Source: Lobosporangium transversale (Eukaryota). Taken from it: 62,185 nucleotides of DNA. How positions within the stretch are numbered: the first letter of the stretch is position 1; the number at the start of each line of letters is the position of its first letter. Below, one piece after another: positions 10,808 through 22,636 of the stretch. Under the pieces are notes generated by a model. It made no database searches and was not told the origin of the DNA. It worked only from the letters and a program-made list of their open reading frames with translations. Location: the NCBI RefSeq assembly GCF_002105155.1, contig NW_019029022.1:310001-372185 (forward strand), given 5' to 3'. Position numbers and translations under genes: made by a program.

Positions 10808-12038
10808 CTTTTGAAGGCCCTCCCAATAGTCCATAATAAATGTGGCTGCGGTGATCCTTGGACTGCAGCAAATTGAGGTTAATGCCAAATGTTTTTCGCG
10901 ACTTCATATTGAAGTGAAGGTCCAAAAAGCCATATTCAGTCAGTCATCATTCACTTTGAAACACTCTGGTGTTTATCTTTTGAAATCATGAGCATTGCTG
11001 GCGTACGAACACAAGGCGAGCCTCTTTACACTTGCTCTCAAAAAAAGCAGCAGGACCCAGTGGTGTTTCCATTGACTAGGAGCATAGGAACCTGTATCCT
11101 CGTCAACATAGCTCTTTGAAACGTCATCTTCATAACACATTTCATCCTTTAGATTACGGGTCACGTATATAGAGTATAAAAAAGTCTATGTGAGAGAGAA
11201 ATAGAGAGAAGACAGAATATGCACACTTACAAAATGAATGATATGTGAGGGGCCTGGTTATCCTTCCCATGCCTTTCCATTTTTTCTTCTCTTCATCCTC
11301 ATTTTTTTTATCTCGACGACTTGTATGCAGCATCTCACGACTGACTAAAAAGAGGAGAGCTCACATTAAGTCGGCCGGTCACCTCCTTACGCTCATACAA
11401 AATATCGCTATAGAAACAGATAGACTGATGTGCCTGCTGTCCACATCAAGAACGTATGTTCTTTTCAAGTTCAAAAAGATATATAAAAAAAGATTTTAAT
11501 TCCTATCCGCTATGTTAAACCACTTTGGAAGGATTCTCAGCGACCTCAGCACACATACACTGTGGTACCTTGCTTTGGCAGTAATATGGGCCCCAAAGAA
11601 TCGATTGGATGTCACAAGGTCTGCTAGTGGGATCCAAAAACGTGGTTATAGCATAATTACCAACACTTTCATGTTCATTGCATTCACATTACTCCTTTGG
11701 TTTGATAAGAGTAGAGCAATATATGCAACCTCTATCTGGAAGACTCCTTATTTGACAAGGCTTCTTGACCCTCAAACCCGGCGTACGGCATACGTGGCAC
11801 CATTCCTTGGCGCTGGTAAATGCTGTACCAAGGAACAACAAATTATGATATAGAAGCCAATCAAGATAACTTTACACGCAATAGGAGGCGTTGGTAAGAG
11901 ACGGAGATCAATTATGGGCTGCAAACTATGAGTGTCACTGCTATTGCGATTAAAAGCATTGTAAAATAACGCGAGTCGTCATTTGCATGGATAATTAAAT
12001 GTCTTTATTGGTTAAATATTAGACGACCCTGACGAGTC

Positions 12039-13296
12039 TTAATGCTTATGTCTCTTTTGATGCTTTTTCTGGCGCTTATTTTTGCTTTTACTGAAGGTCT
12101 CATCGTCGAGTTCATTCTCAAATGCCTTGCTCCATCCGTCGCCCAGATTCCATGTAACCTTCGTGGATGACGAAGCTTTTGATATACTTGCTGTAGCAGC
12201 ATTTTTTGGCTTTAGCTTTTGCTTGGACGCTGCAGATGTTGTAGGCGTTACTTTTGATGATGCAGATGTTTCTTTGAATTTCTTCTCACTCTTGCCCTCG
12301 GATTTAGCCAAGATAGTTGAAAGCTGCTTTTTAATATCTATAAGCACGTTCTTCTTCTCTTTGGTAACGGAAGATACTGGGATGGTAGCCTTCTCTGGTA
12401 ATGAGTTTGCCTTGACCTTGGCCTTCTTGAGGGGTTGTGATAGCATACTGGGAGAAGATGTACTTTCAGATTTTCTTTTTTTTTCATCCAGCATTCTGTT
12501 AATAGCTTTGAGTTCCTGTGGTAAGTCATCCATGCTATCACTGCCAGAATCATTTCCTTCATCTACATCTTCGGACTCATCGGTCTCCCAAGTTCCGTCA
12601 GATTGATTTTCCTCTTCTGGATCACCTCTTGCCTCGCTCTCGTCATTCTTTCCGTTTTCTTCCCCGTCCTCGCCCTCATCTTCGTCCGCTTCCAGTTCAG
12701 CAGCCAAGCTCATCTTTTTGTGATCCATGTGAACTGAACCAAATAATGATTTCATAAAGTCGGCCACTTCGTTTTTCAGTTCAGGCTATTTATATAATCA
12801 AGAGCGCAATGATCAACATCGACGAAGATGAAGAAAAAGAAAAGAGGAAGGAAGGCTTTCTGTGGACAAATTTTCCCTTTCAATCAGCTTAACTTACCTC
12901 TTCAGCCATTGATGATTCAAATGGCTTGTTTTTCTTAGGCTTCTTGCCAGCTTGTTCAGTATTTTTGTCATTGCTTTCCTCAGGTTCTTCTCCCGAATCC
13001 GAGTCGATACCATTCAAAAGCTCCAAATCTTCTTTTGATCCCCCCATGGCCAGGATTTCTTTCATGAGCACGTCGTTCCTGCTTTGATCCTTTAGCCCTT
13101 TTTCCTTCCTTTCAGGCTTTTTTTTTTCCGATAATGAAAAAAGGAAAGAAAGTGTTGCCATGATCATAATATCCGTAATGAATTTTATGCCCCACAGTTG
13201 AGGTTAGCATATTTTCCTATAAAAACTGTATCTGCTACTCGTTTATTGTAGCTCTGATATAAAAAAACATGCCTTAAACTTCTTCTTTTTCAACAT
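12039..13296 (-). CDS. Charged low-complexity protein resembling only the N-terminus of Mak21/Noc1/CEBPZ
   Basis: Exon 12889-13116 has VLMKEILAMGGSKEDLELLNGIDSD, followed by ...EVADFMKSLF, an acidic tract and a Lys-rich C-terminus. Putative first exon MLKKKKFK starts at 13296. The 5' structure is uncertain. Confidence 0.55.
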
Positions 13297-13387
13297 GATC
13301 TGCTTCTGCACTGACGCTGACATTCTGTCTAAATTGGTTGGTGCCGCCCAAAAATAAGGTGGATGTCAAAGTTGACGTGAAAGAAAA

Positions 13388-13420
<33 letters not shown>

Positions 13421-13520
13421 CCACTTTTCTATACGCCACCAACTTTGAGGCGTCATTACTCCTTTTCATTTCTTTTCCTTTACCGACTTCACATTCTACT
13501 CTCACTCTTAGCCTTCACGC

Positions 13521-15671
13521 ATGAAGTTTATGACATGGAACGTCAATGGGATTCGCGCATTGACACAATATCATCCCTATTGCGACGACCTGCATAAAAA
13601 TTATAAGGTAAAATGAAATAAAATAAAATAAAATAAATCAACGGTCATGTTTTTAAAATAGAACTGAATAAAGACTGATTTTTTCTCTGCAACAATCATA
13701 TCTATCGGTTTTTTCAGGAGATTCTTGATTACCTTGATGCGGACGTAATATGTCTACAGGAAACAAAAATCACGCGTGCTAAGCTTGAGTCGGACATAGC
13801 TCTTGTTCCTGGGTACGATTCATATTGGTCTTTTCATCGTACTAAATCCGGGTACTCTGGGGTTGTCATTTATGTTAAGGATCATATTAAGCTCCTTGCA
13901 GTAGAAGAAGGCATTTCTGGTGTATTCTCAGAGAATGTCTCGCTACAACCCCCCAATGCTATGGTTCCGTTGAATACTCAGACTTGCAGCAACAGTAGTA
14001 AGGCTAAAGGAGTTGGAGGATATCCATCATTGGATGATGGCGACAGTGCTGCTATATTTGCGCGCTATCAGGAGTTGGATTCAGAAGGTCGGGGCCTTAT
14101 TATCGATTTTGGGCTGTTTGTCTTGTTCAATTTGTACTGTCCGAATGAGACAGATGAGACGCGGCTACCATTCAAGATGGACTACTATCATCTATTGGAA
14201 TCTCGCGTTCAGGCTCTGATTAAAGAAGGAAGACAAGTGATTGTGATGGGTGATATGAATGTGGTGCCAACTGAGCTTGACCATTGCGATCCTGCGAAAT
14301 GGAAGAAAGAGACAGGTGAGAGTGACTTTACAAACACACTACCTAGACGGTGGTTCAACAGCTTCTTGGCCCCTGCTGGACCAATGACAGATCTGTATCG
14401 AATATTTCACAAAGATAAACCTGGTGCATTCACATGCTGGAATGCCAAAATCAATGCAAGGTGATGGAAAAACCAGATGAGTCAAGCTCAATTCAGTTAT
14501 AACTGTTCTTTGTCTCAATGACTTTTAACATTTATTAGCTGGTATTTCATGTAGGCCGTCTAATTACGGAACCCGGCTAGACTATGTTCTCGTAACTAAG
14601 GGGCTTTTACCTTGGTTCAAAGCGTGTGACCGACTACCCCACATCGTAGGGTCAGATCATTGCCCTGTCGTTGCGGAAATGTTCACAGAGCTTGTGATAG
14701 AAAATTCTACTCAAGAAAAAGAACAGGATCAAAAGGCATTTCAAAAACTTCATGAGCTGTTAGAGTCGTACGGAGGAACTACGGAGCACTCATTAGCTGC
14801 AAAGTATTATGAAGAATTTTCAGGAAAGCAGCAAAAGCTCTCTGCCTTTTTCAAAAAGCCATCTTCAGCGACACTAAAACCTATAACTGGAAGCGAATTA
14901 AAGCGATCTTCTCCCCTAGATGACCACGAGGATCAATTACCCAGGAAGAAGTCATATTTCTCCAATGATCAGGTTGTCAATGATGATCCCTCACCTAAAA
15001 CCGACACTAGACTAAGTGCATCAAATGTATCGTCCTTATTGCCACTATCGAATTCAGTGCCTTCTACTACTTTGCCTAGCCAGATACCCAAAATTAATAA
15101 CAAAATAACAACGAAGGCTAAGTCTGGTCACTTGATCCAAGATAAAAGTTCTTTCAAAAAGCCCGTCAATCCTAGATCCTCTGGACAACAGAGCGTGTTG
15201 TCATTTTTTTCAAGTTCATCTAAGAAGATTTCCACAGAGATACCAGTTGCCAATTCTGCATCCGCGAAAGATGAACAGACGCTATCTTTAAAAAGTGAAG
15301 AGGCTGAACAGGAGTATATCAATGAATCTCAATTGTCAAATACCTCATCATCACCGCCACACTCTCAAACACCGGACTCTTCCTTTTCATCAGCAACATC
15401 AGCCCCGTCATCATTGTCTTCAACATTTTCACCCAGTGATTTTGCAGATTGGATACCAGGATCACAGGATATATTACCGTTCTCGACAAATGGCGAAGCT
15501 ACTACGTCCAAATGGCAAAGTTTGTTCCAGCCCAAGACTATTCCAAAGTGCAGAGTCCACGGAGTACCATGTACTGAACACACCGTCAACAAGAAAGGTC
15601 CCAACAAAGGACGACGATTCTTTTTATGTTCACTGTATGTGTTTTCAGCTTCTGAAATGAAGATCTGTGTG

Positions 15672-15702
<31 letters not shown>

Positions 15703-15848
15703 TTTTTTTTTTAAATAAATGTTTATTAATACTCTTCAATCTCTCTTCCACCCTTAGACCCGTCGGTCCTGAAGACGACACTATTAGGCCGAGGCCAGAA
15801 TATCGGTGCAACTTTTTCGAATGGCGAAAATCAGAGCGTAAAAAATAG
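13521..15848 (+). CDS. APN2: ExoIII-family AP endonuclease 2 with C-terminal GRF zinc finger
   Basis: MKFMTWNVNGIR, DADVICLQETK, GYSGV, DSEGR, GDMNV, FTCW, GTRLDY and GSDHCPV; PIP-like QQKLSAFF; CRVHGVPC...KKGPNKGRRFFLC...CNFFEW. Confidence 0.95.
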
Positions 15849-15934
15849 AAGCATTATATATGTATATATATATATATTGTGGACAAATAAAAAGTTTTTA
15901 GATTGTATCTTTTATCTTGCATTATTTTCTGTTG

Positions 15935-16781
15935 TTATGATCGACGCTGACAAACAAACAAGTAAATGTCTTCACTCTGATAATCGGCATCCTGTTCTTC
16001 AGGTTTGATATCTCTGAAACGAAAGGTTTTGCCCAACATTGCGAAGAACTCCATCTCCTCGGCGAAATTGCGCTTCTCGAATGCAATAACAAGCTGTGTC
16101 TTGCTGGCGCTTGGGGTTATTAATGCGTTGATGGTGCTGATCAAAGGTTTATATAGTCCTGGTACCCATATGCAATCGCTTAGAATGACCATATCCCAAT
16201 TTGTATCGATAAGGGCGTGTATTTTCTGAGCATTGGAAGAAGAACTGCTACTTTCGTCTTCTTCCCAATCTAAAGTTTGTGCTTGAATATCGATTCCAAT
16301 GGAAGGGTTTCTTTGGATGTTTCGGCTCAAGAGGGGTACAACATTCTCTTTATCCGTCAAGAGAACTCTAGCCTCAACTCCTTTAGCACTGAGCAACCTA
16401 GCAACTGCCAGACCTACAATCCCTGTTCCTGCCCCGAGTTCCAGAACGTTAATTGGTGTTGATGATCGGGGTGTTTCAGTCGCTGAGGTGGAGGAAGAAG
16501 CAATTGAGAGAAGATTTGATTTCTCGAGATATTTTGCCAAAACAATCGCTGCATCCCAGATGGTTGATCCAACGCCTCCACGTCTTGAAAAGTGAAAAAA
16601 TAATAATAAAATAATGTTAGACTTAATATACTTTCTCTTTCAGTTTTTTTTTTTTTTTTTTTTTTTTTTTTGGAGAGGAATAAGCATACAAAAGTCCAGA
16701 GGGATCCTCGTCAATATCCAAAGGTTTTATGGTATGGTTCCTAAATTCGTATTCACGCGAGGCGAGGGTGATGTGTTCCAT
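15935..16781 (-). CDS. METTL21/Methyltransf_16 family protein-lysine methyltransferase
   Basis: Exon 1 MEHITLASREY...DEDPSGL splices to GGVGSTIWDAAIVLAKYL; then VLELGAGTGIVGL, LTD, LDW and ILSDCIW motifs. Confidence 0.88.
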
Positions 16782-16953
16782 TGCGATTCCTTGTCCTTCG
16801 TAGTTATGTTTGAATTGATCAAGTCGAATTAAATTATCTCCAAGCTGTCTCCCAAGCTGTCACAGAACACGCGAATAAACGCTCAAAGCACGAGAAAAAC
16901 CTTGTCTTTCTCCCATCGCTTCCACATTTCCATCCAGCATTCACACAAACACA

Positions 16954-17376
16954 ATGGCTGAATCTCTCGCTCCCGCCGTTGCTCCCGACTATATCTACAA
17001 GATCGTCCCTCCAGAATCATTCAATACATCTGATAAAGTCCTCCCACTTTCAGACCTAGACCGAACTGATGGTTTCTATCATTTGTCCACAGCAGCTCAA
17101 GTGCCAGGTACCTCCAACCGGTTCTTCCTCAGGGCAGATTTTGATCATCTTTTGATCCTCAAGCTCTCGTACCCGGGCCTTGCACCCCAAATAAGATGGG
17201 AGGCTGCTAGAGGCAACAGTGGCAATTATCCAGTAGACACAAGCAGGATCTTTCCACATGTCTATGGTGATCTGGAGCTTAAACATTGCGTGGGAACCAT
17301 CCGCATAAATTGGGATGATGCTCAAAACCAGTGGAGTTTTCCAACCGGGTGGGAACATGAAGTCCTGGCGTTTTAA
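16954..17376 (+). CDS. DUF952 family protein
   Basis: YIYKI, SDLDRTDGFYHLSTAAQV..T.NRFF, IRWE and FPHVYG motifs. Confidence 0.88.
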   Translation: MAESLAPAVAPDYIYKIVPPESFNTSDKVLPLSDLDRTDGFYHLSTAAQVPGTSNRFFLRADFDHLLILKLSYPGLAPQIRWEAARGNSGNYPVDTSRIFPHVYGDLELKHCVGTIRINWDDAQNQWSFPTGWEHEVLAF

Positions 17377-17553
17377 GAATAAAGATGCAGGGTCTTAGAC
17401 ACCTGAAAAAAAAAAAAAAAAAAAAAAGAAGAAATCGCATCGTAATCCGAGACTGTTAAGGCAGTTTTTAATTTATATATACTGCAGCTGCAATTCTCTT
17501 TTCTTCCTTTCACTTTTCAACAACAAAGAGTCTTTTTTTTTCCTTTCATCACG

Positions 17554-18342
17554 ATGAATATATTGCATATAATCTTTTCTAATTTCATCCCAAGCGTCTA
17601 TACACCAGATGGTCTTCGTCAATACCAACTCACTCTTTTAGGATTCATCGTCATCTATGGACTTTTACATCTCTCATTGTTTATGGATGGTCTAGTCTCT
17701 CATCTCTTTTTTGTACCAGAAATCGCCACAGCACTACACTATGCCTTCTTCCCTGTTCAATATTCCCTACGTCCCCTCTCAGCTCTCAGACGTCGATTCT
17801 ATATCTTGAACTTGATGGTCATTTTTTGGCTTCTTCAACCATTTTTGCAATTGAACTCTATGGATTTCCTGACTTCAATATTAACAACAATAACAACAAA
17901 AGTATCACCATCATCAGTAGCAACAGGAACGGAAAGACCTTCATCTCTCTTCGATACCCGTGAGAACTTGACACTCTATGTCAGCAAGACTTTGAACCAG
18001 ATTCAGATTGAAAAGATTTTGAGTGAAGGAGGCAAGGTGGAGGAAGGGTTTAAAGAACAGAGCGCCTATGCAGCTCAGTTGGCGGTGGCGATGCAATGTC
18101 TTGGATGGTTCAGTGTCCTGATCGCAGTCTTCATCCTAATCGAGTCCTTGTTTGTGTGGTACAAGTGTCAACAGATTGAAAAACTAGAGCTCTCCTCTGC
18201 TGAACGTGAAAAGCAAGAAACATTAGAAACATTGAAGACTGCTGCTGCTGCTGCAGCACAGCAGGCTGCATCGGCAGCTGCATCGGCATCTGCCGCAACA
18301 GCCGAAGCAGTGGCAGCGTCGGAAAAAGTCAAGAAAAGTTAG
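17554..18342 (+). CDS. Uncharacterised multi-pass membrane protein (MARVEL-like family, member 1)
   Basis: Intronless 262-aa ORF with about four hydrophobic helices; the last is LGWFSVLIAVFILIESLF, followed by a charged/Ala-rich tail. Confidence 0.7.
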   Translation: MNILHIIFSNFIPSVYTPDGLRQYQLTLLGFIVIYGLLHLSLFMDGLVSHLFFVPEIATALHYAFFPVQYSLRPLSALRRRFYILNLMVIFWLLQPFLQLNSMDFLTSILTTITTKVSPSSVATGTERPSSLFDTRENLTLYVSKTLNQIQIEKILSEGGKVEEGFKEQSAYAAQLAVAMQCLGWFSVLIAVFILIESLFVWYKCQQIEKLELSSAEREKQETLETLKTAAAAAAQQAASAAASASAATAEAVAASEKVKKS

Positions 18343-18486
18343 AATTTTTTCTGACACGAATAAATGTTGTAAACGCCAAACTATTATTTATTTAAGCTTG
18401 CAGTGTCCAAATATGGAAAAAAATATGAATTCGCGTTCTGAAGTTCAATTTAGACGCGTTTCTTTTTTTTTTTTAAAAAAAAAAAA

Positions 18487-19821
18487 TTATCCAATGATAG
18501 GCCCTTCGATAACTAGCCTAGAATTCTGTAAAGCCTTCATTTCTCTTTGTATCCGTTTAGTTTTCTTTGCATATTTCGCAGCTTTCTGATCCTCGAGTTC
18601 TTGTAATCGCTTCAGACGAGTCTCGACTGATTCTTCACGCATGTTGATCAACCATGACATAATACCCTCTATTATCAACAGAATCCCAATCACACAACCC
18701 AGAACATGATATACGATCATGAGCTCACAAGGCCTCGAATCCATTCCTGGGGTTGAGAGACATTCAGATGCCCATCGAGTGCCCCAAGATAATTGAGTCG
18801 AAGAAGAAGTTGACGATGATGAAGATGAAGGATTGGGTACTGTATTGGAAGATGTAGGAGTGCTAGTATCATCAGCAGTTGTTGTTGTTGTCGTTGCTAC
18901 CGTGGATGAGCCGGGCACCTTTTGTATTGCGGCTGTTATTGTTGTTGTTGTATCTGCCGCTAATGCTGCGAATGTAACTGATGGATATATCGGATATATG
19001 GTTACAGTGGATTCGCTACTTGAGATACGCCTATATCTCGTGTCTTCTGGAGGAACATATCCTAAAGTTGTAGTAGGAGTGACGATGGTAGTAGAAGTAA
19101 AGGCTGTGGTTGCAGTTGTAGTGATGGTAACGGTTGTTGCAATAGTTGTAGTCAAGGAGGGCGAAATTGAAATGAAGCTAGCTGTTGGAGAGGATGAAAG
19201 TGATGGTGCCATAGAGGGAGACGAAAGATTGTTGCTATTCATCCATGCAATATCTGTGAACCAGATAGTGCTAAGCATCAACCAGATGAAGGCAAAAAGG
19301 ATCAGCACACAAAGGTTCGTGACTTGGAAACCGAGGAAAAAAGGTCGATCTGGATGTGCATGGAGGAAGAGAGTCAAGATTGACAATACAATGTAGATAT
19401 AGTCGACAGTATTCATGGTTGACCATAGGGTGAGTGTATCAGGAGCTGGAGCAGTTACTGTATTCAAAGGTGAAGTAGGTGCTGTTTCTGCTGTCTCTGC
19501 TGCTTTTACTGTTGTTGCTGTTATTGTAGCGTTGTTACCGGCCAATGAAGTCCTAGACGATAATGACGATATAGATGTAGATGTAGGTATATATGTAGAT
19601 GTAGGTATAGGTGCAGGTGAGGTAATGTCGCTCGGTGAATTTGAAGATGGATCAGAAGCAATAGGACTGTTGCCATGTAGCTTGCTCAATTGGTCATGAT
19701 AGACAAAGAGTATCGGAAGGGATGCAATGAGGAGAAGAAGAATGAAAACGCGTGTAGTACGGAGTGCTAGCGGGCTTTTGAGTAAACGACCGCATGAATA
19801 GGGTTGTTGCTCTGGTGCCAT
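18487..19821 (-). CDS. Multi-pass membrane protein with two mucin-like Ser/Thr-rich loops (member 2)
   Basis: 444-aa ORF with four TM helices and S/T/P-rich loops; a Cys pair precedes the last TM (HVLGCVIGILLIIEGIM). Confidence 0.75.
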   Translation of the reverse strand: MAPEQQPYSCGRLLKSPLALRTTRVFILLLLIASLPILFVYHDQLSKLHGNSPIASDPSSNSPSDITSPAPIPTSTYIPTSTSISSLSSRTSLAGNNATITATTVKAAETAETAPTSPLNTVTAPAPDTLTLWSTMNTVDYIYIVLSILTLFLHAHPDRPFFLGFQVTNLCVLILFAFIWLMLSTIWFTDIAWMNSNNLSSPSMAPSLSSSPTASFISISPSLTTTIATTVTITTTATTAFTSTTIVTPTTTLGYVPPEDTRYRRISSSESTVTIYPIYPSVTFAALAADTTTTITAAIQKVPGSSTVATTTTTTADDTSTPTSSNTVPNPSSSSSSTSSSTQLSWGTRWASECLSTPGMDSRPCELMIVYHVLGCVIGILLIIEGIMSWLINMREESVETRLKRLQELEDQKAAKYAKKTKRIQREMKALQNSRLVIEGPIIG

Positions 19822-20287
19822 TGAGATATGCGTGTGAGAGAAAAGAAAGGGAAAGCGCGTCTATCCAAAGAAGGGACAAAGAAGAAAAGATATAGGAACA
19901 AGAGAGAAAGCTATCAAACGATGAAGATAATAAGGAAAGGGATGGATGTTGAACTTAGGGTTAGGAAGTGGGAGGAAAAAAAGAGAGAAAGGAAAAAAAA
20001 AAGAGAATGGCTTCATCATGACTCTACCGATATGCAAGAGTAAGTGGTGGAGTGGAGTGGATCTGTGGTTGAGAACAGAGTCAACTTGAGGAACTGAACT
20101 TGGTCATGATATGATGAGGCAGAGTGCTTCCAAATATGAAGTCTTCTGCATATGAAACAGGGATTCACCCTCTTTTTCATTCCCCCTGAAGCATTCTAAT
20201 TGATATACTGACAACTGACATCCGATAATTTCTTTCTTTTGTTTTTGTTTATTAAATTAATTTAATCGCTTTTTTTTTTCTCCATTG

Positions 20288-21163
20288 CTAGGCTTGGGAT
20301 TGGGTATTTGAGGGAACCATGTATCCACCAGGCGGCAGAACAGGCGATACCGCTACAGAGGTCCCTGGTGAAGAATAGGGCGCAATGGGTGTCCCACCTG
20401 GCTGAGGTGTCGTTGTAATCATGGATCCAGGAACTTGAGGAGGAGGAACGCTGGTTTGTTGTTGTACAGGTTGCTGCTGTTGGTAAAATTGCTGTTGTTG
20501 CATTGGTTGCATCTGTTGTTGGTACATTGGTTGTTGGTACATTGGCTGTTGGTACATTGGTTGCATCTGTTGTTGGTACACTGGCGGCTGTTGCTGCATT
20601 GGCTGCATCGGTTGCATCGGTTGCATCGGTTGCATCGGTTGCATCGGTTGCATTGGCTGCATTGGTTGCATCGGAGGGTAATATGAATTGGTTTGTGTTG
20701 TATCAGGGGCTTGGGGAGTGACATAAACAACCTCCTGTTGCTGCTGATATCTGGTAGGGGTCAACGGTCCGTATTTAAGAGTGACAGGGACTTCGAGGAG
20801 AATCAAGAAACCGATGATGGCCTCTATTATTAACCTTGGCAAAATGAGTTTGCATGTATCGTCTCTAAGGCGGCAACTCACGCCTAGGGATAGACTTTGA
20901 ATTCTGAAATAAAGGAAAAAAACAGCGAAGCCAAGAAGAAAGAATGCACGGATAAACTTGTGCACCAGCTGTTTGCCTTTCACAGAATAAACATATGAAA
21001 TGAAAGTCAAGACGCTAATCACGATAGAGATTACACCAAGAGGCAGGATTGTCAATGTGCCATAGCGAATATCTAGAGTAATGAAGTAGGCAGCGAGGAG
21101 AATACAATCGAGGAATGACAGGGTTGCGATGAAAATGCGGAGTCGCCGCTGTAAGACCGACAT
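20288..21163 (-). CDS. 4-TM membrane protein with Q/P/M/Y-rich repetitive tail (member 3)
   Basis: Starts MSVLQRRLR at 21163; four TMs; CRLRDDTC precedes IIEAIIGFLILLEVPVTL; tail has (QPM)n and QQPMY repeats. Confidence 0.78.
   Translation of the reverse strand: MSVLQRRLRIFIATLSFLDCILLAAYFITLDIRYGTLTILPLGVISIVISVLTFISYVYSVKGKQLVHKFIRAFFLLGFAVFFLYFRIQSLSLGVSCRLRDDTCKLILPRLIIEAIIGFLILLEVPVTLKYGPLTPTRYQQQQEVVYVTPQAPDTTQTNSYYPPMQPMQPMQPMQPMQPMQPMQPMQPMQQQPPVYQQQMQPMYQQPMYQQPMYQQQMQPMQQQQFYQQQQPVQQQTSVPPPQVPGSMITTTPQPGGTPIAPYSSPGTSVAVSPVLPPGGYMVPSNTQSQA
20490..20672. repeat. Coding 9-bp/15-bp tandem repeats encoding (QPM)n and QQPMY
   Basis: Tandem ggttgcatc/ggctgcatt and tggtacattggttgt units are visible on the + strand. 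Confidence 0.9.
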
Positions 21164-22012
21164 TTTCAAAAGAAATAAAAGATTGACGAAGGATGAGAAT
21201 GAAGAAAGAAAAAAAAAAAAAAGAGAGAGGGAGAGAGAGAGAGGCAAATGATGAGGTTAAAAAGGTTAAAGTAGAAGGGGCCAAGTGGCAGTGAAGATTA
21301 GCGACGCATATTGTGCACATGGGGTCGCTGTTCTACTCTTTTGGAATTGAGCCCAAACCCAATTCTGAATGTTCTAAACTAATTTAGGCTCCCTCATATC
21401 ATGATCCTTGCCCTTTATTCCTATGACACTTTTTACTTTTAATAGACCGAAATAAGGGTATCTTGATCAAATAAAAAAAAAAAAGGGTAAGCAAAAAATC
21501 CGTTGCTCAGACAGCTATCGATAGTCAATCATCACATACATCTGTATGCTTCGAGAAGGAGGAAAAAAAAAAAAAAAAAAAAAAGTTTTTTTTATTTTGA
21601 TGAATGGGCTCACTCAAGCAAAAAGTCGATCTTTGTCTTGTAGGTTACTTGCACTGCGGACGCATTGTCCGACGCGTCGCCTATTTCTGATTGGTCTTGA
21701 AAATATTCGTGGTAGTCCAACATGGATTTTAAAGCGCCGTCTTTTCCCCTTGGTCCAAGCGAGGAACTTTTGCATGTTGTTCTTTCCACTGGTGAATAGT
21801 TTAGAGACGGACACTTTCAATGCTGAGGCACTATTTTTATTATCAGAAATCTATGCTTATTTATATATTTTTTCTTTTTGTTCTAACTTTGATGGGATAA
21901 TGATCATTTGCTCTTTCATTTTAATGACGGACTTCAATGAAAGGAATAGTGCGGTTAGGATTGCTGGCTGCGAACGATTATGGTTGGCGATGTTGTGGGC
22001 TGTGGAGCAATC

Positions 22013-22636
22013 TTAGTAATGGACAGTACCATCAGCTACCTCCTGTTTACTCAAGTATGCAGGCTCGCGTGACTTGAACTGGTATGTAAGAACCAAGGCG
22101 GTCTCGATGATAGCAAATACACCAGCGAGGGCTCCAATAAGCATCGTAGACTGATCAAAGTTGCACAAAAGTGTAGTTTCAGTAATGTCTTTGGAAGGAC
22201 AACTGAACAGGTTCCGGGCATCGAATTCTGAATAATCATTGTTCAGGTCCTTGAAACCTGGAGCTTCGCGAGGGAAGGGCAAGATCATGTTGGAACGACG
22301 TTGGTTGATTAGGGCTTGAAGAGTTGTATAGAGCAAACCAGCTGACACACTCAGCACAAAGATGACCCTGATGATAGCTGCGATAACAGAGCCTGTCCTA
22401 CGGCCAGAGGCGACTTGGTATCGAAGTTTACGACGCATTGCGTGCAATGCAATTAGGCTTGAGATAAAATAGAGACAGATAAGGGCATTGAGACCGAACT
22501 GGACATAGAATCTCCAGGCGAAGACTAGCCTATTGTTATCGTTGTATTGTTTAATGAAGTAACAATCCAGAGCAACAGCAAGCGCGGTGAGGATGATCAT
22601 AATGATCTGGATTGTGATGATAGTCTTGTAACCCAT
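22013..22636 (-). CDS. 4-TM membrane protein (member 4)
   Basis: 207-aa intronless ORF with four TMs; CPSKDITETTLLC precedes IGALAGVFAIIETALVL. Confidence 0.78.
   Translation of the reverse strand: MGYKTIITIQIIMIILTALAVALDCYFIKQYNDNNRLVFAWRFYVQFGLNALICLYFISSLIALHAMRRKLRYQVASGRRTGSVIAAIIRVIFVLSVSAGLLYTTLQALINQRRSNMILPFPREAPGFKDLNNDYSEFDARNLFSCPSKDITETTLLCNFDQSTMLIGALAGVFAIIETALVLTYQFKSREPAYLSKQEVADGTVHY

Noticed and set aside
12082..19699. Long antisense ORFs (12082-12606, 18833-19396, 19415-19699)
   Set aside because: They are shadow frames of low-complexity coding sequence on the opposite strand.
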